DNA from: Guillardia theta CCMP2712
Lineage: Eukaryota > Protista > Cryptophyta
Direction: 5' to 3'
Assembly: GCF_000315625.1 (NCBI RefSeq)
Contig: NW_005434631.1
Location: forward strand, 503,891-567,890
Length of the DNA stretch: 64,000 bases
Part shown: positions 21,640 through 34,782 of the stretch, piece by piece
Position numbering within the stretch: the first letter of the stretch is position 1
How the letters are laid out: each line of letters starts with the position of its first letter
Translations under genes and position numbers: made by a program
Notes under the pieces: generated by a model
Seen by the model: the letters and a program-made list of their open reading frames with translations, nothing else
The model's database searches: none
Told to the model about the DNA's origin: nothing

Positions 21640-24600
21640 GTAGATCTCTTCCTGATGATGGGGATGATGCAAAACAGGAGAATAAATCCCCGAACGAGCA
21701 TGTCAGGCTGACTTTGCAACCTCACACAATCGTCCTCATCCAACGGAGGATCCCAGTCCTCCTGGGTTGGCTTGATGCCCCTTGAACAGCTCCTCCCCTC
21801 TCGGTGCTACACCTGCACCTGATGCGAATGGCGTCAATGGACAGCAGCAGCTGCTGCAGAGGAGGGAAGGCGAAGGCAGAAGATAAGCAGCACCGATAAG
21901 GAGAGGAGGAGCTAGAAGGAGAAGAAGGAGAACAAGCAGGGGCAGGAGGAGGAACAGGGGCAAGAAGATAAGACGGGCAGGAGCAGGGGCAGGGGCAGGG
22001 GCAGGAGCAGGAGCATACGTGGCGACGGCGGCAGCAAGCAGTTTTCTACGAGCTCTTTCGCTGCGAAGAGAGCTGAGAGGGAGAAGAAATAGAATAGAGA
22101 TACTACGTGTCAAGATCTTTCTTGCAGACCGATAGACCTGTCTTCATGATATCACAGGCGTTGTAGGTATGTTGCTGCTGTGATGTGAGCAAGAGCGAGA
22201 AAGCTGAAGAGAACAAGAGCGAGAAAGCTGGAGAGACGGGGAGGTGGAGGAGGGGCGGAGAAGATGGTTACCTGGGAGTGAGAAATACAAGAAGCCTGGC
22301 AGTCGATGAGATTTCTGTTTGCCTGTTGGAGTTGCTTTTTCTGGAGAGAGAGCAGAATGGTGAGTTTAGCACAAAAGAGGGGAGGGGAGAGAGGAGAGGA
22401 GGGGAGAGAGGAGAGGAGGGAAGAGAGGAGAGGAGGGGAGAAAGGAGAGGAGGGGAGGGGAGGGGAGGAGAGAGCGAGGCGAGAGAAGAGTGCGAGGAGA
22501 GAAGAGGAGAGAGGGGGGGGGGGGGGACAGGAGAGGAGAAGGGAGGAAGTTTCACTCACAACAAGCTCTACTCTCTTCAAACTCATCATTGATGTCTTCT
22601 CGCACTTGACAATCAAAGAAGTCGAGTTCTTCTCGTGACTCTCAAACCTGACAGAAGTCCATTCTCACCATTGCAGATGCAACCCTAAACCCTCTCCCCT
22701 CCTCCTCCTCCTCCTCCTCCGAAACACCACTACTTGCAAGTCCTTTAAATCTCCCCTCCCCTTCCTGTCTCAGTCTTCCTCCTCTTTCTCCTTCTCCTCC
22801 TGTCTCTGTCCTCCTCCCCCTCTTCGTCCTCTCCCTTCCTCTCCTCCTCCTCCTCTCCCTTCCTCTCCTCCTCATGCACATACCTCCCCATGACTTCCTG
22901 CAACTTCTGCTTTTCTCGCTTCAGACGCTCATCGCAAATCTCCAGCCCAGTCAGGCAACGCAGAACAACATAGGCGCTTACTTCACTGCCGTTGGCAAGG
23001 AGAGACGCGGCAAGAGAGGTCTCGTTGAGCTGAAGAAAAGACTAGTGAGATAGAACAGGCGAAGAAGCAGGAGGAGGAGGAGGAGGAGGAGGAGGAGGGA
23101 GGAGGAGGAGGAGGAGGAGGGAGGAGGAGGAGGGAGGAGGGAGGAGGAGGAGGAGGAGGNNNNNNNNNNNNNNNNNNNNNNNNNNNNNNNNNNNNNNNNN
23201 NNNNNNNNNNNNNNNNNNNNNNNNNNNNNNNNNNNNNNNNNNNNNNNNNNNNNNNNNNNNNNNNNNNNNNNNNNNNNNNNNNNNNNNNNNNNNNNNNNNN
23301 NNNNNNNNNNNNNNNNNNNNNNNNNNNNNNNNNNNNNNNNNNNNNNNNNNNNNNNNNNNNNNNNNNNNNNNNNNNNNNNNNNNNNNNNNNNNNNNNNNNN
23401 NNNNNNNNNNNNNNNNNNNNNNNNNNNNNNNNNNNNNNNNNNNNNNNNNNNNNNNNNNNNNNNNNNNNNNNNNNNNNNNNNNNNNNNNNNNNNNNNNNNN
23501 NNNNNNNNNNNNNNNNNNNNNNNNNNNNNNNNNNNNNNNNNNNNNNNNNNNNNNNNNNNNNNNNNNNNNNNNNNNNNNNNNNNNNNNNNNNNNNNNNNNN
23601 NNNNNNNNNNNNNNNNNNNNNNNNNNNNNNNNNNNNNNNNNNNNNNNNNNNNNNNNNNNNNNNNNNNNNNNNNNNNNNNNNNNNNNNNNNNNNNNNNNNN
23701 NNNNNNNNNNNNNNNNNNNNNNNNNNNNNNNNNNNNNNNNNNNNNNNNNNNNNNNNNNNNNNNNNNNNNNNNNNNNNNNNNNNNNNNNNNNNNNNNNNNN
23801 NNNNNNNNNNNNNNNNNNNNNNNNNNNNNNNNNNNNNNNNNNNTCCTCCTCCTCCTCCTCCTCCTCCTCACCCAGCTGCGAGACGCTGGTTTGATTGCAG
23901 AAAGCTTGCCCTTTGTCTCCGTCACATGTCAGGGTGGAGCAATTTGGCTGACCTTTTTCGCTCATGGAGGACAAGAGCGACTTTGATTCCTGCAGCTGCT
24001 CCTGCAATGCGGCGATTTTGTTCTGGAGAGAGTGTGATGGCGGATGAGGACGAGGAGAGAAGTGAAAGAGGGAGGAGGGAGGAGGGAGGAGAGAGGAGGG
24101 AGGAAGAGGAAGGAGGGAGGAGGGAGGGGGGAGAGGGAGGAGGGAGGGGGGAAGAGAGACGGGGGAGGAGAGAGTGTACAGAGAGGAGAGAGGAGGGAGG
24201 TGACAGAGGGGAGACGTGGGAGAGAGGAGGGAAAGAGGGGAGGGAGGAAAACGATGAGGACGAAGACGAGGACGAAATAGGACTTGAGCGATCGTACTTG
24301 CAAAATGATCATGTCATGCTCATGTTTCGTGTTGAGTCTGTTTGTAAAAATCATGGGATTGCTATTAACACCCTCTCCTTTCCTTCCATCACCATCATCA
24401 TCATCATCATCATCATCATCGTCATTGTCATTGTCATCATCACCATCATCGTCATCGTCATCATCTGGATATCTTTCCTCACCTTTTGTTCATCTCGTCA
24501 AGATGTTCTTTCTGTTTGGCGCAAGAGCTCATGTCTGCACTCAATCGTCAAAAACTGCACGAGATGATGAAGAATGTGAAACAAGACAAAATTGAGCCAA

Positions 24601-24649
24601 ACAACTTGTGATTAAATGTGAAGAGGAATAAAGGAAACGAGTACCCAAA

Positions 24650-24691
<42 letters not shown>

Positions 24692-24712
24692 AGCAGGAGG
24701 AGGAGCAGGAGG

Positions 24713-24777
<65 letters not shown>

Positions 24778-25581
24778 CAGGAGCAGCAGAACAAGAATCG
24801 TTGCATCATTTTCTTGTACCTGTCTCATGACTTCTCTGCTCCATCAACAGATCGTGCTTACAAACCCTGACCCTGATGCGATCAAATGCAACGACAGGTC
24901 AGATCAGTGCAATGCAAGCATTCACAGAATCGTCAGATCTTTCTTTCTTACGTCGAAGACAAGTTGGAAGACAGCAAATGCGCGTCGTTCTCATGGTGCT
25001 CGGCATGGCTGAAAGCAGCAAATGAGGTGGAGAGGGATGGAAATTTCCTTTCCTCCTCACCCTAAGTGTCGGATGAATTCCCACACAAGATGCGGATAAT
25101 CTTGTTTCGTGCTTCTCCTTGCAGCAACATGTTAGGAGTGATGAGATGAGATGAGATTAGATGAGATGAGATGAGATGAGATGAGACGAGATGAGATGAG
25201 ATGAGATGAGATGAGATGAGATGAGATGAGATGAGACGAGATGAGACGAGACGAGACGAGATGAGATGAGGGGGAAGGGGAGGGGGGGGCAGCAGACTTA
25301 TCGGCACGACAGATTGTGATCTTGCCGTAACGATGTGCCAGCGATGCAAACTGTGAGCGAAGAGCGATCAGCATGAGAAGAAAGGAAAAGGGAAGAGAAG
25401 GAGGAAGAAGAAGAAAAGGGGGAAAGGCAGGAGCGGCAGAGCTTGCAATTCTTACCAAGAAAGCGCAAACAATGATTGAGAGAAATATTCTCAACCACGT
25501 ACTTTGATTCTTCTGTTGCCACACCAATGAGAGACAAACCGCAATCAACATCATCATCATCATCATCATCATCAGCATCAG

Positions 25582-25627
<46 letters not shown>

Positions 25628-25922
25628 TCCTTCTCCATCACCATTACCATCCTCGACAGCAGCAGCAGCAGCAATTACAAAAACAACGTTCTTCAGCAGC
25701 AGCATGGTTCATGGAATGATTGTCACCTGCACTTTCTTGGCCATGGAAAGTTTTTCATTCAGCTGTCTGACAGCCGACTGCAACTTTTGTCATGGAACAA
25801 GAATAGAAGTGAGTCCGGAAGAAGCACCTTGAGCTGATTGTTCTCCTCTTCAACCTGCGGGTTGTTTCATCATCGTGAAATCATCCCATTCCCAAGTTGA
25901 CTTGTTTTTTATGAGGATGGAA

Positions 25923-25979
<57 letters not shown>

Positions 25980-27946
25980 GAGGAGGAGGAGGAGGAGGAG
26001 GAGGAGGAGGAGGAGGAGGAGGAGGAGGAGGAGGAGGAGGAGGAGGAGGAGGAGATCATGATGAGGATGACAAAGATCGAAGATATTGGAATGATGATGA
26101 CAATGGCTATTGTTCACACAGCCATACAAACCCTCACCTCAGCGCGCGAGATCGCAAACCCTTCTTCAATCTCTGCAATCTTGGCATCTTCGTCACATCC
26201 CCACCAAGAACAACAAGCTGCTCCACCGACTCGCTCCTCCTCACCTGCGATCTGGACGTCGCAAACTCGCTTTCCATTATCTCCATCTGCCTCCCAGCTC
26301 AGTGCTGACCGACGGCTCTACATCTACCTCCACCTTCTCCTGGAAGCCCGACAGCTCCTGGGCCTTGTCCTTGAGCAGCAGCTCCAGTTCTGCTACTACA
26401 AAGGCGCAACAAGCTTCAGTCCTCCCTCCCCGCCGCCCTCCCTCCCTCTCACCTCTGCTCTTCGCTGCCAGCAGGGCCTCTTGCTGCAAGCATCAAGCAG
26501 CGTCATCCCCTCCTACCCACCGCCTCTCTCCCTCTTACATCGTGAGTCAGGTTGGCGCAGTCCATCGGCCCCTGAGGAGGAGGAGGTCACTCACGTCGAT
26601 CCACACGGCAGCTCCTCACCCGCACTGCTGTCTCGGATGCATCGAACGTCTCCATCGCCTCCTCTCCTCCCCTGCTCTTCCTCCTCCTCTCTCCCTCCAC
26701 CTCCTCCGCCATCCTCTCCTGCTCCACACGCATCTCCAGCATCTCGTGCTCCATTGTCTTGATCTTGTCCTCCTTCCTCCTCACCTCCTCCTCCAGCTCC
26801 CTGCACCTTGCCGCCGAGCTCTCTGCCTCCAGCCGAAGGTCGAGAGCGGCCGCTGCCATCTTCCTCGTCTCCTCCGCCAGCATGTGTTCAGCAGACGAGT
26901 ACTTCATCCGCAGCTTGCTCGCGCTCCTCGCCCGAAGCTCCTCCAGCTCCCGCTCGATCCTAGCGCTCTCCTTAAGCCAGGTCTCCGACAGGAGCTTCTT
27001 AGAAGACGCCCTCGAACTATCGGAGCTGGTCTCGTGCTGGGAGATGCAGGACATGGAAAGATCGATGATCCGATGTTTCTCCTGCCCCTCCCTTCGTCGT
27101 CGCCATGGCGCGGAGGAGGCGACAGCAGGGTAGAGGCAGCCGACATCTCTCCGAGCCGATGAGCGTCCGACGGCTCCCCAACCCTGACATCTCCCTTCAT
27201 CTCCTCCTGCTCATCAGACTGGTCGTTGTTGAAGCCAGATCGCACTGCTGTCTCGACTGCTGGGCCCCTCCTTACCCTCACCTTCATGGTACCTGCCTCC
27301 TCTCCCGCTCCCATCTTTTCTCCTGGAACGTCCTGGGCATCTGCTACCTGCTTCGACTTTCTTCCTCCTTGTTTCTCAGAACCCTCGGAGTAGAGGAGGA
27401 GGGAGGGAGGGGGGGAAAGGTAGATCTCTTCCACGAAGATGTTCATCCGTTGCTCCGGGCTGGGAGGGTATTCGCTCGACGTTACTTGCTGGCGGTCAAA
27501 CATGCTGCACAAGAGTCTTGCCTCCACTTGACATCAACTGCAATCAGCAGAACTCGTGAGATCATTTCAACGTGTTCTCAACAACGAGGACAAGCTCTAC
27601 TCTACTCATTTCGCTTCTTTTCCCTCACTTTCTTGACGGACGTTGCACCTCCATCTCTCTCACCCGCGGTGAATAAAACTTCAAACAAGATAATGAACTT
27701 CTCTGTACACTAACCACTTGCACTCGACCACTCCAGAACGATTCTGACTTCTTTCTTTGTATTGAAATCTGCATCAACTAACCATCCTCCAAAGTCACAC
27801 CTATTGTTCTGATGTGTTTCCATCCGATCTGCTCCTAACTCACTGATCATCGCCTGCTCTCCCCTCCTCTCTTCCTTTCTCCCCGTCCTGCTGCTGGGTC
27901 CTCTCCTGATCTGCCTTCTCTCCTTCATTCTCAGCATGTTCGCCAT
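21640..27946 (-). CDS. Large multi-exon coiled-coil protein of unknown function (may be more than one gene)
   Basis: E/K/R-rich heptad exons (e.g. 26587-27054, LELLLKDKAQELSGFQEKVE, MQEQLQESKSLLSSMSEK) separated by microsatellite-filled introns and a 684-N gap. Confidence 0.45.
24651..24788. repeat. (GGAGCA)n/(GGA)n intronic microsatellite
   Basis: Visible array. Confidence 0.9.
25138..25270. repeat. (GAGAT)n pentanucleotide microsatellite
   Basis: Visible array with GAGAC variants. Confidence 0.9.
25922..26054. repeat. Compound (GAT)n(GAG)n microsatellite
   Basis: Visible array. Confidence 0.9.
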
Positions 27947-28452
27947 GACTACCTCTCGCTCACTCAATCCTTGCCAGTATGATCGTATGGTTTTTGGTGG
28001 AAAACGCCCCCTTTGGGTATTTTTCCACAAGTTGAACAACATTATGAAATCACGTAAACTTGTTTTAATAATTCTGAATGTTGCTGATAAAACTTTCAAA
28101 ATATTGTTCTATACTGTACTTTGACCGCCCCAAAGAAAAATCACAAATTCAGTCAGTCAAAAGTATGAATGCCCCGGGGCCATTGTACAATGTTAGGGGG
28201 TGGGGGTACCCACCCCCTTGTGTTCCACCCCTGTCACCATGTCATCCGCCATGGTGGAGACGGTCATCAAGGGCAACACCCGGTGTTCTTCTGGTACATT
28301 AGAGGGGTAGGGGTGATAGAATGATTATCACTGAATTTACAGTAGGGGTACGGCAGTACCCCATATAGAGCTTCCATGACCCGGTAGTTTCCCTCTCGAT
28401 GGGGGGTCCAAGGCCACCACCGACGTTTGGGAGTCCGAACTTGATTGTCCAC

Positions 28453-28528
28453 GTACTGATTTTTAACTTAACTTTGAGTAAACCAGTGACCTGAATGGTA
28501 CTGATTTTTCACTTAACTTTGAGTAAAC
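28453..28528 (+). repeat. Two copies of dispersed motif GTACTGATTTTT(A/C)ACTTAACTTTGAGTAAAC
   Basis: Copies at 28453-28483 and 28498-28528 with one mismatch; same core at 33254 and 33739. Confidence 0.9.
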
Positions 28529-28980
28529 TCAGAATGGAATTTGCTCGACTCAGGAGGCTTGAGGGCCGGGCCCCGGCCGGAAAGTGAAATGTGTAACGGT
28601 TTGACTGAATTTGTAACGGATTCAAATCATGAAGAGTCATGGTGAGGACACCGGTTCCAGAATTTTAATGGGGGTGGGGGTACAAATTTTGAGGGTGGGA
28701 TAAAACGATAGTGCTGGAGTACCCGGTACTATCTGGTAAAATATTCGTTATATCATGGGGTATGTACATAAATGACGGGTACGTTCTCTTAATATACAGG
28801 GTGGGGGTGCATCTCACGGAGGAATCGGGAATCTGAGCGGTGGGGAAGAGTATGGCAGAAATCGGGAGGTAGGAGGGGAGAGGAGAAGCGAGAGGAAGAG
28901 AGGAAGAGATCAGAGGATCATCAAGCAGAGCTCAAACAAGAGACCAGAGTGTTGAGGAGGAAACGAGCCTGGTGCTGAGA

Positions 28981-30630
28981 ATGACGTCGCCGACTGCCAT
29001 GAAGCTAGCTCGCTCCAAGGTCGGGGGTGGGCTGGCATTCTTGCTTCTTGTAGCCGGGGTTATGGTGGCGCATCGAAACTCCGATGGTGACTTGGCCATG
29101 CTCCTCTGGTTGTTGTAACATGCTTGACAGTGGTGACCCTGGTTTCTTCCCCTTCCGTCACCTACGTAACTCCGCAAGCAACTCAGTTCTCTATCACAGT
29201 CCCCAAGGACTGGAAGGTTGGGAGCATGCTAGGGCTCAAGGTTCGCACAGAGAACCTCTCCTCCACCTTGCTGATCCCATGACAGATTCCCGGCCGAGGA
29301 GACTCGGTTATCAAGGTCCCTGCTGGAGTCAAGCCCGGGGAAACGTTTGTCTTCAACTTGGGGGGGGGCAGTGCTGCTGTACGTCTGGTCTTCTGCACTC
29401 CCGCACATGCTGAGACACGAGCAGAAGGAAATCGCTGTTTCCGCAAAGATCGAGAGCGGCCGCAAGATCCCCAGCTCCAGAAACACGTTGTTGAAGCTGG
29501 AGCAAAAGGATTTGACGTCGTTCCAGGTCAGTGAGGAAGACAGGAGGGTCGGGGGTGCTCGAAGTTGACAGCAGCGCAGGGGATGCTGACGTACGAGCGT
29601 GCGTTGAGACAGACCATGGGGAAGATCAGGCACACGTAAGTCCTGCCCATGATGAGGCGACAGCGCTTGTCATCTCACTGGGAGCTGGGCTGCAGGTGGA
29701 AGACATCGAAGCTGCAGGAGAGCGACGAGCCTGAGATGGATACAGAGCACTTCATCCCCGCTGAGCTCGCTCCTGAGGCAGAGGGATGGGATCCTACGAA
29801 CCCCAATGGCTTCCCTGCCAAGCCGGCGGACAAGAACAACGTAAACGGAGTGCCGGGTCAGTACGAGCATGGGTGGAGGCGAGCAACTCACGGTTTGTGT
29901 TTAGGATACACGTACGCTACCAATGGGAATGACCTTGAAGTGGAAGATGAGGTCCTCAAACTCTAGATGTTGATCATGTCAAGGACAAGGATGTTGTGGT
30001 CGCTTTTGTTGGTTAGGATGATGGAGATGGAGATGGTGGTGATTCCGAGGACGAACTTTGTTGTTATCGACAATGGAGATGCAGGAGGAGATAGCTGCAT
30101 GTCTTGCTCTTTCCTCATCAGTTTCCCGCAAGTTGGCCGTCCTCACGTTCGGTTCTTTCCCAGGGAGAGGGTTACTATCAGCCAGAGGACCCCGAGCACC
30201 TCGAAGAGTACAAGCAGCTTCTCAAGTAACAGTTGCCCATCCCCATCCCTTCCTCCTCTCTCCTCCCCCTTCCCTTCCTCAACCTCCCTTCCTCCCCCGT
30301 CCCTTCCTCCCCCGTCCCTTCCTCCCCCGTCCCTTCCTCCCCCCTCCCTTCCTCCCCTTCCCTTCCTCACCCCTTCACCCCCGCTTCGTCTCCTTCTCTT
30401 TCCGTTTCCGATTTGTTCACTCGACCTCGTACAGGTACGACTGCTTCGCTAAACCCGGCAAGCCCTGGCTGGATCACGCTAACTGCGCCGCTCTCGTCAA
30501 ACGGTCCCACCTGTACCCCAACGCGGACATGTTCCGGTTCTCTGGCGCGTTCGGATGGAACCCTCCCTTCCCCGACGGGCCGACGGCGAAGAATGCCAAG
30601 GGAGCAGAAGCGCCATCAGCCAACGAGTGA
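28981..30630 (+). CDS. Multi-exon hypothetical protein with N-terminal hydrophobic (signal/anchor) segment
   Basis: MTSPTAMKLARSKVGGGLAFLLLVAGVMVAHR start; GC3-biased exons such as WKTSKLQESDEPEMDTEHFIPAEL... and YDCFAKPGKPWLDHANC...; stop at 30630. Confidence 0.55.
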
Positions 30631-31049
30631 GTCTGACATGGCGGGAGCTGCGCGAGCAAGGGGTGATGAGGTGTTAGGTACTGGAACTATGGCAGTGACG
30701 AGGACCTGGAGAGCGCGGCCTCGTGGAATGGGAAGGAGTACGTCACGTGCTGCTGTTCCACTTGTTCGTAATGCTCCCTCAGGTACACAGAATCGGACGC
30801 GAAGTGAGGACGTGACGTGGGCTAAACAACAAATGGAGGAAAGGCTGTTGCTGTAAATTTCAAGGTTCAGTGCAGCGTGAACTCGATCTGGTGTATCTTG
30901 TTTGATAAAAACAGTTAAGATGAAAACAGTTAGAACTAGGAAATTACAAGCTCAGCAGCCTAGCTATCACAGTTATCTACAGGTTTGATATGCTACAGTA
31001 GGTAGTCAGGCCCAGCAGAAATCTATCTTGCGCTGTCATATCTGCTCGC

Positions 31050-32342
31050 TCACGTTTGAGGCGTTGCGGGGCCCTCGCCTCTCAGTCGCAGGGATCGCAA
31101 GCGTCTCAGCAGCAGCCCAGAGTCGATGCGCACAGCCGGATCGTGAGCCCAGGAAGCTTCGAGGATGGGGATGAGCCTCCGGCACTTGAGCCGATCGACG
31201 GGGGGGCGGATGAAGGGGCGATGGCTCTCGTTTGTGATCTCGTAGATCACATCGGAGAATGCCTGCTTGCAGGAGAACATCTCCCAGACGATCAGCGCGC
31301 AAGAGAAGATGTCTGCCTTGCAAGAGACCATGGGATTGTCCAGTTGCAGCTCAGGAGCCGTGTACCGCTGGTCCCTGGCAAAGCGCAAGCCTTGGGGGCG
31401 AAGGCCCTTGATCTTGACTGACTGCATGTCCTCCGTGATGACGATGTTGTCTGGGCAGAGGTCGAGATGCAGGATGGGATGCTCCTGTGTGTGCAGGAAG
31501 TGCAACCCCTTGACAAGCGCGAGACTCCAGCGAAGGGCCAGCTTGTTGCTGACATGTCTTCCTCCCTCACAGTCACGCTTGCTCATCCAGATCTCCTTCA
31601 GCGTGTATCCTGGAATCCACTCCAGCAGCACAGCATGTCTCCTCTCTTCCTCAGCTATCGATTCGACTGTCCCCGCAAACTGCTGCACGTTGGGGTGGTT
31701 GGGAACCGTCGAGAGGAAGCCGGCAAGCTCCCTAAGCTTGCTCTCAGCTTCCTCCGACGTCTCTGCAGTCCTGTTGCACTTTGCCACCAGCTGGTGGCTG
31801 CGAACTATGACTCGATGGGTCTCGTAGTCCTGTTGCCATGTCAGTGCGCCGCGTCGTCAGCATCATCGGAGGCTCCTCACCTGCCCACACTTGAGGCGGC
31901 AGATCCAGTCGATCTCATCGTGTCCGATGATCTCGTTCCTCAGGCAGTGATCATCTGCTGGTTCCCTCTTGGACAGACACTGAGAGTTCCTCCTGCTCTT
32001 CACTGTTTTCTCCTTCGGAACGCTGCTCGTTCTCTGAACACGCTTTCTTCTGAAGAGCCAGTCCATACAACCAATCTCCGCCTCGTTCTCGAGAAAGGTC
32101 CAATCTATATCAGAGCAATCGGACAAACAGTTTGTCGGAGCTTCCGACACATACGTGTTGTCAAGATCATAGTATCCTGCGTCTGACTTCCAGGAAACCT
32201 CCGACTGAGTGGACTTTGAGGAGTTGTCCCCTGAGGCGACGGGCTTCACAAAGTCGCAGCTCCGCAGCCTATCGAGCTGCAAGACGAGGCCTTCGACTTC
32301 CGAGTATGCGTTGCATGCAATCCCATGGCTCTCCTCCTTCAT
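31050..32342 (-). CDS. Protein kinase-fold protein (TKL-like), probable pseudokinase; intron 31830-31880
   Basis: HPNVQQFAG, VLLEWIPG, GLHFLH, ILHLDLCPDNI, RYTAPE, KADIFSCALIVWEM, W..DP..R. No DFG, no GxGxxG. Confidence 0.8.
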
Positions 32343-33253
32343 GATCAGCAACTGGAGGCAACGTGTCAGTGTCAACCACACTGTTGTGACTCAGGACAAG
32401 GTGGGAGAAGTTAAGACTTTGAAGCTTGAGAGCGTCTTGAAATGAGGAGATTGTTCGAATACTGCAGCACCTCGTCTAACATTGGATCGTTCAATCCTTG
32501 CATACTTCTAGATGTGCTGCTTCTCACCCTCTCTTCTCCCCCTGCCAATCCTCTGGGCCCTTTGCCCTCTACGACTCATAACCCCTTTTCCGGTGTCGCA
32601 AACCATCGGGCGATCCTATCTTACCCTACTAATACTTCTCCTTACAACTCCATTGACCTCTATCCCTCAGAACTTCGCTGTTCCTTGCCCCCTTTCTCCT
32701 CCCTCCCTTCGCCATCTCTCCCTATCCTCCGCCTCGCTCCAACGCCCATTCCATCTTCGCCCACTTCTCGTCACCCTTCGTCGGTCATATTTGAAAAAAC
32801 TTCTTTTCGCAAACAACCCCACATACACATCACCCCCCAAAGTTCTACTCGACCACCCCCTGGTCCTATGTACCTCATCATATCCATTCACCACCCCACC
32901 CTTAAATACCCTTCACCACCCCTATCTCCCAATTCGAAGGATTTTGAAGGGCCACGAGACCACTGTTAACTTGTATTCAGGGTCACATCGTTGCATTCGA
33001 CAAATTTAACTAACTTCTATGTTAAATTTTCAACTGTGGGAAAGAAATTTGAAAGCTGTCTGTTTTTCACTTTACAAGGTCACGAGGTTGTGCTCTAGTA
33101 CCCCACCCCCTTAATTACCTTCTTTACAGTGGTTTTCAGGGGTGTGTGACATCGGCGGGGTCGTCCGGCAAGACGTTATGAAGGCAAGTGTCATGTAGGA
33201 CGGTTAGAAAACGGTTACAGAGGCAAAGCTTGCAACCTATGAGCAGACGGCTC

Positions 33254-33761
33254 GTACTGATTTTTAACTTAACTTTGACTCGCCGTAAAACCGTTCACGG
33301 TTAACAGCCCGGCCGGCACTGAGGTGACTCTGATCACGCGCCTGTCGCCGGAACTCGGCCGGGCCGCCGGTGCCGCTGTGCCGCCGGAGGGTTGCCCGGC
33401 CCGGGCAAGTTGGTTCTCCCCGGGCCCGGTAAAATTGGCTACCGTACGGTCCCGTACCGTGTCTGTTTGAAAGAGACACCGTGCCGCCGTGGCCGACTAC
33501 AGTGGCACTGTAGTCGGTCAGTACCGTGACTCAGTACGGTAGTTTCTGTGCCACGGTCCGAGGCTCCGCTTGAAGGGCCTGAACTATTCGGAAGTTCCGA
33601 GAGTAAACAGTGACCGTCGGCCCGGGCCGCATCATGGCACTCCGATCAGGCGATCCGATGGCAGTGCCGCTCCAGTCCGATCCGATGATCCCGGCAGCCC
33701 GCCGCGGCCGGGCCCCGGGCTGTTTTAAGTTTGTCCTGGTACTGATTTTTAACTTAACTTT
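33254..33761. repeat. ~510-bp GC-rich block bounded by identical 23-bp direct repeats GTACTGATTTTTAACTTAACTTT
   Basis: Repeats at 33254-33276 and 33739-33761; interior full of short palindromes (e.g. CCGACTACAGTG-GCACTGTAGTCGG). Confidence 0.8.
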
Positions 33762-34782
33762 TAATAAATGACCTCGACAGAGTGATGAGACGGTCGCTTT
33801 AAAAAGCTTTTAATTTAAAAGTTATCTCGGTACAGAGTTTTAAGATTTGACAGGATGGTACAATGTGAGGGGGTCGCCGAGTACTGAAGCCTTTTAAAAT
33901 GCAGTAGCACCTGTACTACGTGATCGTGCCTCCAGTCCGCGGGATGAGAGCCAGAGGGGGGGTGGGGGGTGGGGGGCTGTGACCATAGCCATATAACAAA
34001 GGCTGGGTATTGAGGGGTCCTGAAATCAGGTTTCTTGAGGGTAGGGTACATCTACACACCGGTGGTGGGTTCGTTGCTCACTTAAAAGAATGGTGGAAAC
34101 CTGCTTGGTAAGTGGAGGAAGGAGGAGAGAAGGAGGAGAGAAGGAGGAGGGACAGGACAGCAGGAACAGGGGAGGAGGACAGGAGAAGGAGGGAGTTGGC
34201 GAGAAAAGATGGAGAGAAGTATCAGAAAAAATGTGGTCAGACGGCAGACATGTTAAGAAAGTACAAGTGCCTTTAGAAATCTGCGGTGTAGACCAATTTG
34301 TCATACTGACTAAAACTGTACACTCTTGTGGGACTCGAACTTGATCTGACGTAAAAACTGGAAGATAATGATAGAGCTACATCATACAATCCTTCTAGTA
34401 TGCAATCAGCATATTTGTACAATATTAGACTATCAGGGCAGTTCTGATGTAGGTGCAATATCGATCCATCCAGCTAGAATCATATTTTGTATTCAACATG
34501 TTGTCTTTGCTTTTCATGTTTAGAATTACTTCAGGATTACACATAAAGAATTCAGAAAAGAGTTCAGAAAAGAGTTCAGAAAAGTCAAGCAAATCTAAAA
34601 CAGCTAGGGAACGGTAGAAATAGTTGTTTTTTGTTGAGCTGCCTCTTGTCATGTGATATGAGGCATGATTTTTCATTTTGAGGACCTTTGAGAACTCTCC
34701 CCCATGTATGAAACAAACATGAATCTCCACCACTTACAGCACCCACGTTCTACAGGCTTGTCGGACCGGCAGGGAATACAAC

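Noticed and set aside
22978-24007. Long ORFs spanning N-gaps and poly-L/P/E/M/S ORFs throughout the window
   Set aside because: Artefacts of assembly gaps and intronic microsatellites.
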